A stretch of DNA of 64,000 nt, taken from a bacterium (GTDB taxonomy: Bacteria > Zixibacteria > MSB-5A5 > GN15 > FEB-12). The stretch spans positions 64,001 through 128,000 of the forward strand of contig JBDRNJ010000072.1 of assembly GCA_043811375.1 (NCBI GenBank), read 5' to 3'. The position numbers were made by a program, and so were the translations under genes. The notes under the pieces were generated by a model. It saw only the letters and a program-made list of their open reading frames with translations. It was not told the DNA's origin and did no database searches. Below are positions 30,197 to 39,973 of this stretch, piece by piece (position 1 is the first letter of the stretch; the number at the start of each line of letters is the position of its first letter).

Positions 30197-30895
30197 ATGA
30201 GAACCACAGTCTTAGCGCTATTAACAGCGTTTTTATTCCTGCTCGGGCAGGTCGGATGTTCTGAGGAGGAAAAGCAGACTAAAACCGATACCCCTGCAAA
30301 AACGACGACTCCCCAGCAAACCGTAGCGACCCAGCCCAACTATGACAGCCTGGCCACTGTCACGGCTCCGATTCGAAACGAGGATAACCAGTTCGCAACC
30401 CTGGTCACCAGCTTCGGAAACCTGACGCTGGAACTGTATCATGATGTCGCCCCGGCCCATGCCGACTCGTTCATGGCCCGTACCCGGGACGGTTTCTACG
30501 ACAACTCCCTGTTCTACCGCGTCGTTAATCGCTTTATGATCCAGGCGGGAGACCCTACCGGTACCGGTGCCGGAAAGGCCGACTATACGCTCAACGCGGA
30601 GTTTTCAGAGATGCCGCATATAGAGGGCACGTTGTCAATGGCGAGGGCTATGGATCCCAACTCGGCCTCGACCCAGTTCTTCATTTGTCTGGATCGCAAT
30701 CGCCTGACATCGTCGCTCGACCGCAAGTACACGGTCTTTGGTCATCTGATCAAAGGATACGATGTCCTGCACAAGATCGGTTCGGTGGAATGCGGTCCCA
30801 ACCCCGGCAACCCCACGGAGATATCGCGACCAAAGGAGAATGTCCAATTAATCCGGGCTTATGCCTCTGATGCCGAAGGCAATGAGGTCCAGTAG
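30197..30895 (+). CDS. Cyclophilin-type peptidyl-prolyl isomerase, lipoprotein
   Basis: Lipobox QVGC and motifs FYRV..FMIQAGDP, GTLSMAR, STQFFI and YTVFG. Confidence 0.9.
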   Translation: MRTTVLALLTAFLFLLGQVGCSEEEKQTKTDTPAKTTTPQQTVATQPNYDSLATVTAPIRNEDNQFATLVTSFGNLTLELYHDVAPAHADSFMARTRDGFYDNSLFYRVVNRFMIQAGDPTGTGAGKADYTLNAEFSEMPHIEGTLSMARAMDPNSASTQFFICLDRNRLTSSLDRKYTVFGHLIKGYDVLHKIGSVECGPNPGNPTEISRPKENVQLIRAYASDAEGNEVQ

Positions 30896-31027
30896 GGGCT
30901 TACGGAGAACCATCTGACCAGGCGCCGACCTGCCCGTTGGGGTAATGCCGATCCGGTGGCCCGGGGCTTGCCCCGGGTTTCGTTATTGACTGCAACAGTA
31001 CTGGTTCGAAGTCGTAGAATAGGAAAC

Positions 31028-32197
31028 ATGACACCACGGAAAATAGTTCTGCTCGGCTCGACCGGTTCCATTGGAAGGTCGACGCTCGATGTTATTCGGC
31101 AACATCCGGGGCACTTTGATGTTATTGCGCTGGCCGCTCACGCCAACGTCGATCTGCTCCTGGATCAATACCGCCGGTTCCGGCCGGAATATGTTTGCCT
31201 GATTGATCCTGCCGCAGCGAAAATAATGTCCGACAAGTTGAGCCGGGAACCGGTTGAGGTTCTATCCGGTGAAGCGGATATGATCGCTTTAGCCGGTCGG
31301 AAGCAAGCCGATATCGTCGTCAACGCTGTGGTTGGGGCGGCCGGATTGCGAGCATCACTGGAGACGATCCGGGCGGGCAAATATCTCGCTCTGGCCAACA
31401 AGGAATCACTGGTGGCCGGAGGTCCGCTTTTTGGGCCTTTGATAAAAAAGAGCGGTGGTAAGATACTGCCTATAGACTCTGAACATTCGGCCATCTGGCA
31501 GACCCTGACCGCCGGGAAACCGGAAGAAGTAGCCAACATCATTCTGACTGCCTCCGGCGGGCCTTTTCGGGATTATCCCATTGAGCGGTTTTCTGAGATC
31601 ACCCCCGAGCAGGCACTGGCTCACCCAACGTGGAAAATGGGTCCCAAGATTACTATCGATTCGGCTACCATGGTCAACAAGGGGCTGGAGGTTATTGAGG
31701 CGGCAACGCTTTTCTCGATACCGGTGGAGAAGATCAAAGTGGTTATCCATCCTCAGTCGATAGTACACTCAATGGTGGAGTTTATCGACAGTTCCATAAT
31801 AGCGCAGCTTTCCCGTCCTGATATGCGGTTGCCTATAACGTATGCCCTGTTCTGGCCGCAGCGGGTACAGTCGGATTTCGGGCGTCTCAGTTTCGATGAT
31901 CTCCTGTCGCTGTCGTTTGAAAAACCCGACTTTGTGCGTTTCCCGGCACTGCGTCTGGCGTTTTCCATTGCCGGACAAGGGGGCACCGCCCCGGCCGTAT
32001 ACAGTGCCGCCAACGAGGTTGCGGTAGGGGCATTCTTGCGGGAGTCTGTCAAATTCTCGGACATTTCCGATATAATAGAAGATACGGTTGCCAAAATGGA
32101 TGTCGTGACCGATCCTTCGCTGGAGGACATCTTGCAGGCCGACCGTGAAGCCCGCCGGTATGCCGGAGAAAGGACAGGTCAATCAGCATGTTGTTGA
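31028..32197 (+). CDS. dxr: 1-deoxy-D-xylulose-5-phosphate reductoisomerase
   Basis: Motifs LGSTGSIG, LANKESLV, PIDSEHSA, TASGGPF, HPTWKMG and NKGLE. Confidence 0.97.
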   Translation: MTPRKIVLLGSTGSIGRSTLDVIRQHPGHFDVIALAAHANVDLLLDQYRRFRPEYVCLIDPAAAKIMSDKLSREPVEVLSGEADMIALAGRKQADIVVNAVVGAAGLRASLETIRAGKYLALANKESLVAGGPLFGPLIKKSGGKILPIDSEHSAIWQTLTAGKPEEVANIILTASGGPFRDYPIERFSEITPEQALAHPTWKMGPKITIDSATMVNKGLEVIEAATLFSIPVEKIKVVIHPQSIVHSMVEFIDSSIIAQLSRPDMRLPITYALFWPQRVQSDFGRLSFDDLLSLSFEKPDFVRFPALRLAFSIAGQGGTAPAVYSAANEVAVGAFLRESVKFSDISDIIEDTVAKMDVVTDPSLEDILQADREARRYAGERTGQSACC

Positions 32198-33258
32198 CAG
32201 CGGCATCTTTCATATTCGTTCTGGGCATTTTGATATTCATCCATGAGCTGGGTCATTTCCTGGTAGCCAAGAAAGTGGGTGTCAGAGTTGAGAAGTTTTC
32301 ACTTGGTTTTCCTCCGAGCATTTTTTCACGCAAGATCGGTGACACCACTTACTGTATCGGCGCTATCCCTCTGGGGGGGTACGTCAAGATGGCCGGAGGA
32401 GACACCGGCGAGGAATCTACCGGTGCCGCCGATGAGTTTTTCTCCAAAAGCGTTGCTCAACGCGCGGCGGTGATTTTTGCCGGACCGTTCATGAACTACG
32501 TGCTGTCAATCGTTATTCTGATAGGTATCCTTTACTTCAATGGCCAGCCCATCACTGACCCTGAGCGAGTGGCCATTCTCCAGGTGCAACCCGATGGCCC
32601 GGCGGAAGGGGCGGGGTTATTGGAAGGCGACGAGATAATCGCCGTCGATGGAATCTCAGTGCGACGTTCTGATTCACTCAGTTACCTGATTCACGCTCAG
32701 ATCGAACAGCCGGTTGATCTGACCTTGATCAGGGGAGATGACACCACCAACACCACTCTGACAACCATGAAGGCCGCCCAGATCGGACCGGACGGAACCG
32801 AAGATACGGTAGGTCTGATCGGTGTTATACTGGCCCAGAAGGAAATCGGCCGAGAAAAAATCGGTCTATGGCGGTCGGCTCGGGGTGGTATTGTATGGGC
32901 TCACAATATTGTCTGGGGGACGGTTAAGTTCGTCAAGATGTATATAACCGGCGAGGTTTCTCCCAAAATGGTCGGAGGCCCGCTGTTCATTGCCCAGGAG
33001 TCCGGCAAACAGGCTCGCAAGGGCGCTGCCAGCCTGTTTTTCTTCATGGCTCTGCTGTCGGTGAACCTGGCGGTTCTCAATGTCTTGCCGATTCCGGTGC
33101 TGGACGGCGGTCACCTGGTTTTCCTGGCTATCGAAAAGATTCGCGGGATGCCGTTGTCGCTTAAGATACGACTGGCGGCTCAGCAGGTCGGCGTTGTCCT
33201 GTTGCTGGGACTGATTGTTTTTGTAACGTATAATGATATATTAAGAGTGATAAAATGA
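32188..33258 (+). CDS. rseP: RIP metalloprotease RseP
   Basis: HELGH, a PDZ domain and NVLPIPVLDGG; follows dxr. Confidence 0.93.
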   Translation: MLLTAASFIFVLGILIFIHELGHFLVAKKVGVRVEKFSLGFPPSIFSRKIGDTTYCIGAIPLGGYVKMAGGDTGEESTGAADEFFSKSVAQRAAVIFAGPFMNYVLSIVILIGILYFNGQPITDPERVAILQVQPDGPAEGAGLLEGDEIIAVDGISVRRSDSLSYLIHAQIEQPVDLTLIRGDDTTNTTLTTMKAAQIGPDGTEDTVGLIGVILAQKEIGREKIGLWRSARGGIVWAHNIVWGTVKFVKMYITGEVSPKMVGGPLFIAQESGKQARKGAASLFFFMALLSVNLAVLNVLPIPVLDGGHLVFLAIEKIRGMPLSLKIRLAAQQVGVVLLLGLIVFVTYNDILRVIK

Positions 33259-33378
33259 CGGTGATCCTCTGCTTTCTGACACTCGGTTAAGAAAAAATGA
33301 GGGCACCTTATAGGCCGGATATGGGTATAAACATTCTGAAAGCCTGCTGAAGAACAGCGGCACTGAATTGAGAGATAT

Positions 33379-34104
33379 ATGGGTAACGTATCATTTGCCG
33401 GTTCACTCTGGGACAATTTCAAACAGATCATAGCGGCTGTCGTGATGGCCCTGGTTATCAAGACCTCTGTTGTGGAAGCCTACAAGATACCGTCGCAGTC
33501 CATGGAGGATACGCTCCTGGTGGGTGATTTCCTTCTGGCTAATAAAGTGATCTACGGCGCCCGTATCCCGCTGGTCAACTGGCGGCTGCCGGCTATACGA
33601 GATCCGAAACCGGGAGACATTGTTATTTTCATCTACCCGGTCGACGGCGTGACCAAGTATATCAAACGTTGCGTAGCCACACCCGGCGACACGGTGGAAA
33701 TAAAGAACAAGGTTCTGTTTGTCAACGGCAAGCACTTTAAAGACCCGGAAGAGGCCAAATTCATAGACGCCACCTCCAAAGGTGAACCGATAATCCAGTC
33801 TCGACGGCCTGGCGGCACCGACAGCCGTGACAACTTCGGGCCGTTTATCATACCTCGCAATTGCTATTTTATGATGGGTGATAATCGGGACAACTCTTAT
33901 GACTCCCGTTACTGGGGCGCCGTACATAAGGACCTGGTTCTGGGTGAGGCTATGCTGGTGCACTGGTCGTGGAATGATTCGGTCTATCCCTCACCGGAAG
34001 TATCAGTGACGGATCCCCTGTCGGTCCCTCGGCTGTTTGTTTATAATGCCTTGCATTTCTTCCAGAAGGTTCGCTGGGGGAGACTGTTTGGGCTCATATC
34101 CTGA
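33379..34104 (+). CDS. lepB: Signal peptidase I
   Basis: Motifs IPSQSMEDTL, YIKRCV and GDNRDNSYDSRYWG. Confidence 0.93.
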   Translation: MGNVSFAGSLWDNFKQIIAAVVMALVIKTSVVEAYKIPSQSMEDTLLVGDFLLANKVIYGARIPLVNWRLPAIRDPKPGDIVIFIYPVDGVTKYIKRCVATPGDTVEIKNKVLFVNGKHFKDPEEAKFIDATSKGEPIIQSRRPGGTDSRDNFGPFIIPRNCYFMMGDNRDNSYDSRYWGAVHKDLVLGEAMLVHWSWNDSVYPSPEVSVTDPLSVPRLFVYNALHFFQKVRWGRLFGLIS

Positions 34105-34191
34105 CGAACTGACTTACTCGGAGACAATTCAGTGACAACACACAAATTATCTGGAAACCGAACCCACTACCTGTCGGAAGGACCGAGAATA

Positions 34192-34908
34192 ATGAAGTAC
34201 AATACCATAGTAGTTCTGGTCGGAGTAATGCTGCTGCTGCCGGTTCTGTCGGTGCTTGCGGGACCGGCTGTCGAGATACCCGAGCCGTTGTTTGATTTCG
34301 GAAGAGTCTGCCAGAAGGCGCAGGTTGCGCACATTTTCTGGATCAAGTCGGTGGGCGATGATACCCTGCAGATCACTCGGATTGAATCCGGCTGCGGCTG
34401 TACGAAAGCGCCGATTGGCGATTCGATGATCGCACCGGGAGACAGTACGGCGCTGGAGATATTCTTCTCGACCAAATCTTATCGTAACAAGGTCTCCAAG
34501 CGACCCTATCTTGAGACCAACGCCGATGAGAACAAAGTTTACGTGAAAATATCGGCGGTGCTGGTACCGGAACCGGATACAGTTATGCCGATAAGCCTCA
34601 ACCCGTACATTCTGGACGTATCGCAGTTCACCACCAAACCACGCCGCCGCGCCCGTTTTCTTATCGAGAATAAGAGCGAACAGGATTACGAGTTGACGAT
34701 GATTGACTGGTCCCGCCGGCACTTCGACGTCAAACTACCCGAGCAGGTTAAGGCTGGTGAGACAGCCGACGGAATGGTCATTGTCCACGAGAATGTGATC
34801 GAAACCGAGTTCGAGCAGTCACTTACTTTCGCCATCAGTGACAGCGTGAATACGCGCTACACCTTGCCGGTGCGTCGTATGTACCGGGTAAAAGACCGGT
34901 CAAAATAA
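34192..34908 (+). CDS. DUF1573-like exported protein
   Basis: Signal peptide and FDFG...LQITRIESGCGCT...IAPGDS motif. Confidence 0.75.
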   Translation: MKYNTIVVLVGVMLLLPVLSVLAGPAVEIPEPLFDFGRVCQKAQVAHIFWIKSVGDDTLQITRIESGCGCTKAPIGDSMIAPGDSTALEIFFSTKSYRNKVSKRPYLETNADENKVYVKISAVLVPEPDTVMPISLNPYILDVSQFTTKPRRRARFLIENKSEQDYELTMIDWSRRHFDVKLPEQVKAGETADGMVIVHENVIETEFEQSLTFAISDSVNTRYTLPVRRMYRVKDRSK

Positions 34909-34945
34909 TCCTCGCGGCAACCCGGAACAGCGAGAGGTGTCACCT

Positions 34946-34985
34946 GTAGGTCACGCCGACACGCGGCGTGACAAAATGAATGTAA
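34946..34985 (+). repeat. REP-like element, copy A
   Basis: GTAGGTCACGCCGACACGCGGCGTGACAAAATGAATGT, near-identical to 40928-40968. Confidence 0.7.
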
Positions 34986-35050
34986 CAGCCTCTTACCTGC
35001 CGACTAACGTTTTACTTGACTGTCGCCGGATGTAGCCCTAATTCCTGCTT

Positions 35051-35668
35051 GTGTTCCAACTCAGCGCAACAGATCTGGCCCGGAGTTTTGGGCCACGCCA
35101 GGTATTCTCCCGGTTGCAGTTTGAACTGACCACCGGTCAGTCGCTGGCCGTAACAGGCCCCAACGGCTCGGGGAAAACAACGCTGCTGATGACTCTCCTG
35201 TCCCTTTACCGGCCCAGTCGCGGCCAGGTGGTGTTCTCTCAGGATGGAAAACGGCTTGACGATTCCCGGCGGAGAGCTATGACATCACTGGTGGCGCCAT
35301 ACCTAAACCTGTACGATCAGTTGTCGGCCGAGGAAAACCTGAAATTCATTGCCACTCTGACGGGTCATGCCGTCACCGGGAAACAGCTCGATACCCTTCT
35401 GGCCAGAGTCGGTTTGCAGGGTCGCGGTTGTGATCCGGTCGGGGAATACTCTTCCGGGATGAAACAACGCTTGAAGTACGCGGTGGCGCTACTGAAAGAA
35501 CCGGCCTTTATGTTTCTTGACGAACCGAGCACCAACCTCGACGAAGAGGGCCGACAGTTGATCAGGAGTATTATAGAGGAGTATCGCTCCCGAAGCATGA
35601 TAGTGATTGCCACCAATGATCCGGAGGAAAGCCGTCTTGCCCAACAACAGCTTCGGCTTGGCAGCTAA
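35051..35668 (+). CDS. ccmA: Cytochrome c maturation ABC ATPase
   Basis: Motifs GPNGSGKT, YSSGMKQR and LDEP; first gene of the ccm cluster. Confidence 0.85.
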   Translation: MFQLSATDLARSFGPRQVFSRLQFELTTGQSLAVTGPNGSGKTTLLMTLLSLYRPSRGQVVFSQDGKRLDDSRRRAMTSLVAPYLNLYDQLSAEENLKFIATLTGHAVTGKQLDTLLARVGLQGRGCDPVGEYSSGMKQRLKYAVALLKEPAFMFLDEPSTNLDEEGRQLIRSIIEEYRSRSMIVIATNDPEESRLAQQQLRLGS

Positions 35669-36320
35669 GACGCTGGCGGTAGTGGTCAAAGACGTGCGCG
35701 TGGAAATGCGCACCCGCTATGCCGTCAATGCGATCCTGATGTTCGCGGTAGCCACGCTGGCGGTCGTTTCCTTCTCGGTGGGGCAAAGCGGATTGTCGCC
35801 GAGATTGATGGCGGCGCTGTACTGGATCATCATGCTGTTTTCAGCCATGTCGGGTTTGGCTCAGACGTTCATCAGGGAAGAGGAAACCGGAACGGCGCTG
35901 ACGTTGCGGCTGCTGGCCGATGCCGACCCGGTATACATCGGCAAACTGCTGGTTAACCTGGGACTGTTATCGGTAATGGCAGCCGTCATTACTCCTCTGT
36001 TCTTTATTTTCACTGACGCCCCGACCGGCAATCTGCCGGCTTTCGTAGTGATCCTGGTGTTGGGTGTTCTCGGCCTGTGCGGGGCCACCACCCTGATAGC
36101 CGCTATTGTCGCCCGCGCCTCCGTAAGGGGAGCACTGTTCGCGGTGCTTTCATTCCCGATACTGATTCCGCTGCTGCTGATTCTGGTGTCAGCCACGCAT
36201 AAGGTCCTGGCGGCAGCGGCCTGGGGTGATATTGCGGTGGAATTGCAGTTTCTGTTTGCTTATGCGGTGGTGATGATCACCGGCTCGGTGCTGCTGTTTC
36301 GATTCGTCTGGCAGGAGTAA
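35637..36320 (+). CDS. ccmB: CcmB membrane subunit
   Basis: Motifs KDVRVEMR, FIREEETGT, GKLL and LSFPILIPLL. TTG start with a GGAGG RBS inferred. Confidence 0.85.
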   Translation: MPNNSFGLAAKTLAVVVKDVRVEMRTRYAVNAILMFAVATLAVVSFSVGQSGLSPRLMAALYWIIMLFSAMSGLAQTFIREEETGTALTLRLLADADPVYIGKLLVNLGLLSVMAAVITPLFFIFTDAPTGNLPAFVVILVLGVLGLCGATTLIAAIVARASVRGALFAVLSFPILIPLLLILVSATHKVLAAAAWGDIAVELQFLFAYAVVMITGSVLLFRFVWQE

Positions 36321-36410
36321 CCGAAATCAGCGGGTGAGTGCAGATGTGAATTGTCGTTGCCATTATTACCGGTATCTGTATAATTGTATGATAAGCAACG
36401 GCAATAACGA

Positions 36411-37079
36411 GTGATGAGACCTATGTGGTGGAAGATCATAATCCTGATGCTGATGACGGCGGTGATAGTGGCCGCGTTTGTTACTGAACCGCCCCAGCAG
36501 CAAATCGGCCCGGCCAGCCGCATTTTCTACTTCCATATTCCGGTCGCCTGGGTCAGCGTGATTGCCTTCACTATGTCCATGATATACTCGATTCGCTTCC
36601 TGGCCAGGCGCGATCTCGTTGAGGACGATAAAGCGGTCGAGGCCGCTCGCCTGGGTCTCATATTCTGTGTTCTGGCGACTATCAGCGGCTCGATTTTCGC
36701 ACGAGTCACCTGGGGTTCATTCTGGAACTGGGACCCCCGCGAAACATCCATCTTCGTATTGTTGTTAATCTACGGAGCTTATTTTGCGCTGCGGCGGGCG
36801 GTGGATGTGGAGGAAAAACGGGCGACACTGGCAGCGGCTTATGCTATCCTGGCCTTTGTTACCGTGCCCATGCTGGTGTTTGTGGTGCCGCGCGTCATGC
36901 CGTCGCTGCACCCCGGCGATTCCATCGCTGACAGCAACTTACAGTTTATGATGAGCACGAGGGTGGGATTGATCCTGGCAACAGCACTGATAAGTTTTAC
37001 GGCAATATATTTGTGGCTTTTCAATGTCGCTCGACGGATAAGAATTCTGGAGCGATCGCTGACAGAACAGGAGTTGTAA
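36411..37079 (+). CDS. ccmC: CcmC heme-handling protein
   Basis: FYFHIP, WWD motif WGSFWNWDPRET, and SLHP. Confidence 0.9.
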   Translation: MMRPMWWKIIILMLMTAVIVAAFVTEPPQQQIGPASRIFYFHIPVAWVSVIAFTMSMIYSIRFLARRDLVEDDKAVEAARLGLIFCVLATISGSIFARVTWGSFWNWDPRETSIFVLLLIYGAYFALRRAVDVEEKRATLAAAYAILAFVTVPMLVFVVPRVMPSLHPGDSIADSNLQFMMSTRVGLILATALISFTAIYLWLFNVARRIRILERSLTEQEL

Positions 37080-37080
37080 A

Positions 37081-37194
37081 TTGGACGGAAATTATATCGC
37101 TCTCATCGTAACCCTGGTGATCTGGGTGGGTCTGTTTACAGTCCTGGTCAGCCTGAGTAAAAGGGTCCGGAAGCTGGAAAAAAGACAAAGATGA
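37081..37194 (+). CDS. ccmD: CcmD-family small membrane protein (37 aa)
   Basis: Below the ORF-track cutoff. TTG start with AGGAG RBS; MDGNYIALIVTLVIWVGLFTVLVSLSKRVRKLEKRQR*; ATGA overlap with ccmE. Confidence 0.75.
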   Translation: MDGNYIALIVTLVIWVGLFTVLVSLSKRVRKLEKRQR

Positions 37195-37631
37195 AAATCC
37201 GGTATATCATCGGCGGGATTATCATGGTGCTGTTTTTGATCTGGGGCACCAGCGCCTTCCTGAAAACAACCATTCAATACGTTTCGATAGAAGAAGCCCG
37301 CCACTCACAGCAGATAGTACAGGTTATGGGCAGGATCGACTTCGACCGGGTCATCTACGACGTGGAGAACTCACGGTTGAAGTTCAGCATTTACGATGCC
37401 GAGGCTGCTGACCCGGCAAGAGCGCCACGACTGGACGTGGTCTATACCGGCGTGGTGCCGGGTAATTTCGAACAGGCAACCACGGTGGTGCTAAAAGGCA
37501 AAAGCTCAGGCGATCTCTTTGTGGCCGAGCAGATGCTGGTCAAGTGCCCGTCGAAATACCAGGGCAGCGGGCAGGAATACCAGGACATTAACCGGCACCA
37601 GCCGGATGTCGAATCCGGAACGTCATTGTGA
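37191..37631 (+). CDS. ccmE: Heme chaperone CcmE, Cys-type (CxxxY)
   Basis: N-terminal TM segment, YTGVVPGNF and KCPSKY. Confidence 0.88.
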   Translation: MKIRYIIGGIIMVLFLIWGTSAFLKTTIQYVSIEEARHSQQIVQVMGRIDFDRVIYDVENSRLKFSIYDAEAADPARAPRLDVVYTGVVPGNFEQATTVVLKGKSSGDLFVAEQMLVKCPSKYQGSGQEYQDINRHQPDVESGTSL

Positions 37632-39973
37632 CGCCTGATATTCCCGGTCAACTTCTGATCTGGTACGCTCTGGCAGCCAACATCATCGCCGGTCTGGCCT
37701 GGTTCCTGGCAGCCCGTGGCAGTGGTTCGTGGTCGAGCCTGGGTGTCACCAGCTACCGTGTCTTTGCTGTCGCTACTATGATGGCCGCCGCTTACCTGTT
37801 CTACCTGTTTTTTGCCCACGATTTTCGTGTAAAGTACGTTTTCGAGTACTCCGACCGGTCGCTGCCCTTCTTCTATCTATTGTCGGGGTTGTGGGCCGGC
37901 CAGGAAGGATCATATCTGTTGTGGCTGATTTTCAGCGCCTGCTTTGGTTTTGTGATCGTGCGCCACGGCGGACGCTACCGAGACCACGCCATGGCAGTCT
38001 ACTGCGGCATCAATCTTTTCCTGCTGGTCCTGTTGACCAGGGTTTCTCCTTTTGCCCTGCTGACTTTCCCGGTTGAGGACGGCGCCGGGCTGAACCCGCT
38101 TTTGCAGGACCCCTGGATGGTTATCCACCCGCCGGTGATTTTTGCCGGGTATGCGGCCGCGGCTATCCCGTTTGCCGTCGCTCTGGCGGCTCTGTGGAAA
38201 AACGATTACAGCGAATGGGTGGCGCGAGTCTTTCCGTGGCAGGTAGTGACGGCACTGCTGCTGGCTGCGGGCAATATCCTCGGCGGCTACTGGGCCTACC
38301 AGACACTCGGCTGGGGCGGCTACTGGGGCTGGGACCCGGTGGAGAACTCCTCGCTTATTCCGTGGGTGATCTCAATGGCTGTGCTGCACGGACTGATCCT
38401 ACAGAAACGAGTCGGGGCGCTAAAAAAGACAAATATCCTGTTGACGGTGCTGGTGTTTCTGTCGGTCGTCTATGGAACATTCCTTACGCGCAGTGGAGTT
38501 CTGGCTGATTTTTCCGTTCACTCTTTTGTCGATCTGGGAACCAACATTTTCCTGATCGGCTTTATGGTTTTGTTCCTGGCCGGGGCGCTGGTGCTGTTTT
38601 TTTACAGGATCAGGTCTCTGGGGCATACTGCGATCAACTACAATGTCTACGGTCGTGAGTTTTTCCTGTTTGTGGGGATGGCGGTTCTGTTTCTTTTTGG
38701 CCTGATGGTCCTGACGTGGACCTCCCTGCCCCTGATTACGACCCTGCTGGCCGCTACCCCGCGCGCTGCCGATATCGACACCTACAACACTTTTGCTCTG
38801 CCGCTGGCGGCTTTGATAGCGCTGCTGCTGACCTTTTCACTCAACAGCACGGCCACGGCGTTCACACCGCCCAGGTGGAAACTGCGCTTGATCGCCGCTG
38901 TTGTTCTCTCCGCAGCAGCCGGTGTCGGCCTGGTTCTGACTGTTCCCGTCGGCGGGCCGGTCTTTGTGATATTGCTGGTGATCACAGTAACAACTTTGGT
39001 TGCGTATCTGTCCCAGCCAAAACTGCCGGCACGTCTGATACTTCCTCTGGTGATCGCAGGAGCGACTGCCTTGTTAGCCGTAGGGCTGGGAATGCGACAC
39101 CCGCTGCACCTGCTGTTCCTGTTTACCGCAACAACGTGCATCGTGTCCAGTATCAGTTCACTGGCCCGCCGGCTGCCTAACGGTTGGCGAAAGGCCGGTT
39201 CGCAACTGGCTCACCTTGGGTTCGGCGTGATGATAGCCGGTGTGCTGTTGTCGTCGGCTTACAGCACCAGTGAACAGGTGACTCTTTCTCCCGATAGTGA
39301 GCAAACGGCGTACGGCCTGAAACTGAAGTACTTAGGCATGGATAATGATATTACGCATCCGAAGAATAAGTTGACGATAGCAGTTGATGACGGCGGAGTA
39401 ACTCGTCATATAAAACCGGAGTTGTTCTATTCATCACGGCTGGAGGGTCTGATGAAAAGGCCGCATATTGACCGGTCATGGCTTTACGATCTCTACTACG
39501 CACCTCAACAGGTTCTGGATGGCGATGACCCGGACGGCTTGCTGCTGTCCAGAGGGGAATCCCGGCAGGTCGGTGACTACGGGTTGACCTTCGTGAACTT
39601 TGTAATGGAACAGCATCAGATCCAGAGCCACGACCTGCAGGTGGTCGCCCTCCTGCGAATAGAAGGACCGGATCGCATTGACACGATTGCACCCGCTCTG
39701 ACAGCAACAGAGGCTGCTGGTGGGGGGATGACGTCCACACCCGCTTACTTTGGCGAGAACGACGAGTACGAGGTTACTCTGGAGAGAATTCTGGCCGACC
39801 GCAGCGAGATTGTGATTCGTATCCCCGGATTGACTCCCGGCGGTACCGGTGAACGACTGGTGCTTGACATCTCCAAAAAACCCGGCATCAGTCTGGTATG
39901 GATCGGCACGACACTGCTGCTCTTGGGATTAGTCCTGGCGTTCAACCGGCGACGAGCAGAGGTTCCTCATTGA
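37628..39973 (+). CDS. ccmF: Cytochrome c synthetase CcmF
   Basis: Motifs WAGQEGS, GLNPLLQDPWMVIHPP, WGGYWGWDPVEN and TFLTRSG...SVHSF. Confidence 0.92.
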   Translation: MTPDIPGQLLIWYALAANIIAGLAWFLAARGSGSWSSLGVTSYRVFAVATMMAAAYLFYLFFAHDFRVKYVFEYSDRSLPFFYLLSGLWAGQEGSYLLWLIFSACFGFVIVRHGGRYRDHAMAVYCGINLFLLVLLTRVSPFALLTFPVEDGAGLNPLLQDPWMVIHPPVIFAGYAAAAIPFAVALAALWKNDYSEWVARVFPWQVVTALLLAAGNILGGYWAYQTLGWGGYWGWDPVENSSLIPWVISMAVLHGLILQKRVGALKKTNILLTVLVFLSVVYGTFLTRSGVLADFSVHSFVDLGTNIFLIGFMVLFLAGALVLFFYRIRSLGHTAINYNVYGREFFLFVGMAVLFLFGLMVLTWTSLPLITTLLAATPRAADIDTYNTFALPLAALIALLLTFSLNSTATAFTPPRWKLRLIAAVVLSAAAGVGLVLTVPVGGPVFVILLVITVTTLVAYLSQPKLPARLILPLVIAGATALLAVGLGMRHPLHLLFLFTATTCIVSSISSLARRLPNGWRKAGSQLAHLGFGVMIAGVLLSSAYSTSEQVTLSPDSEQTAYGLKLKYLGMDNDITHPKNKLTIAVDDGGVTRHIKPELFYSSRLEGLMKRPHIDRSWLYDLYYAPQQVLDGDDPDGLLLSRGESRQVGDYGLTFVNFVMEQHQIQSHDLQVVALLRIEGPDRIDTIAPALTATEAAGGGMTSTPAYFGENDEYEVTLERILADRSEIVIRIPGLTPGGTGERLVLDISKKPGISLVWIGTTLLLLGLVLAFNRRRAEVPH

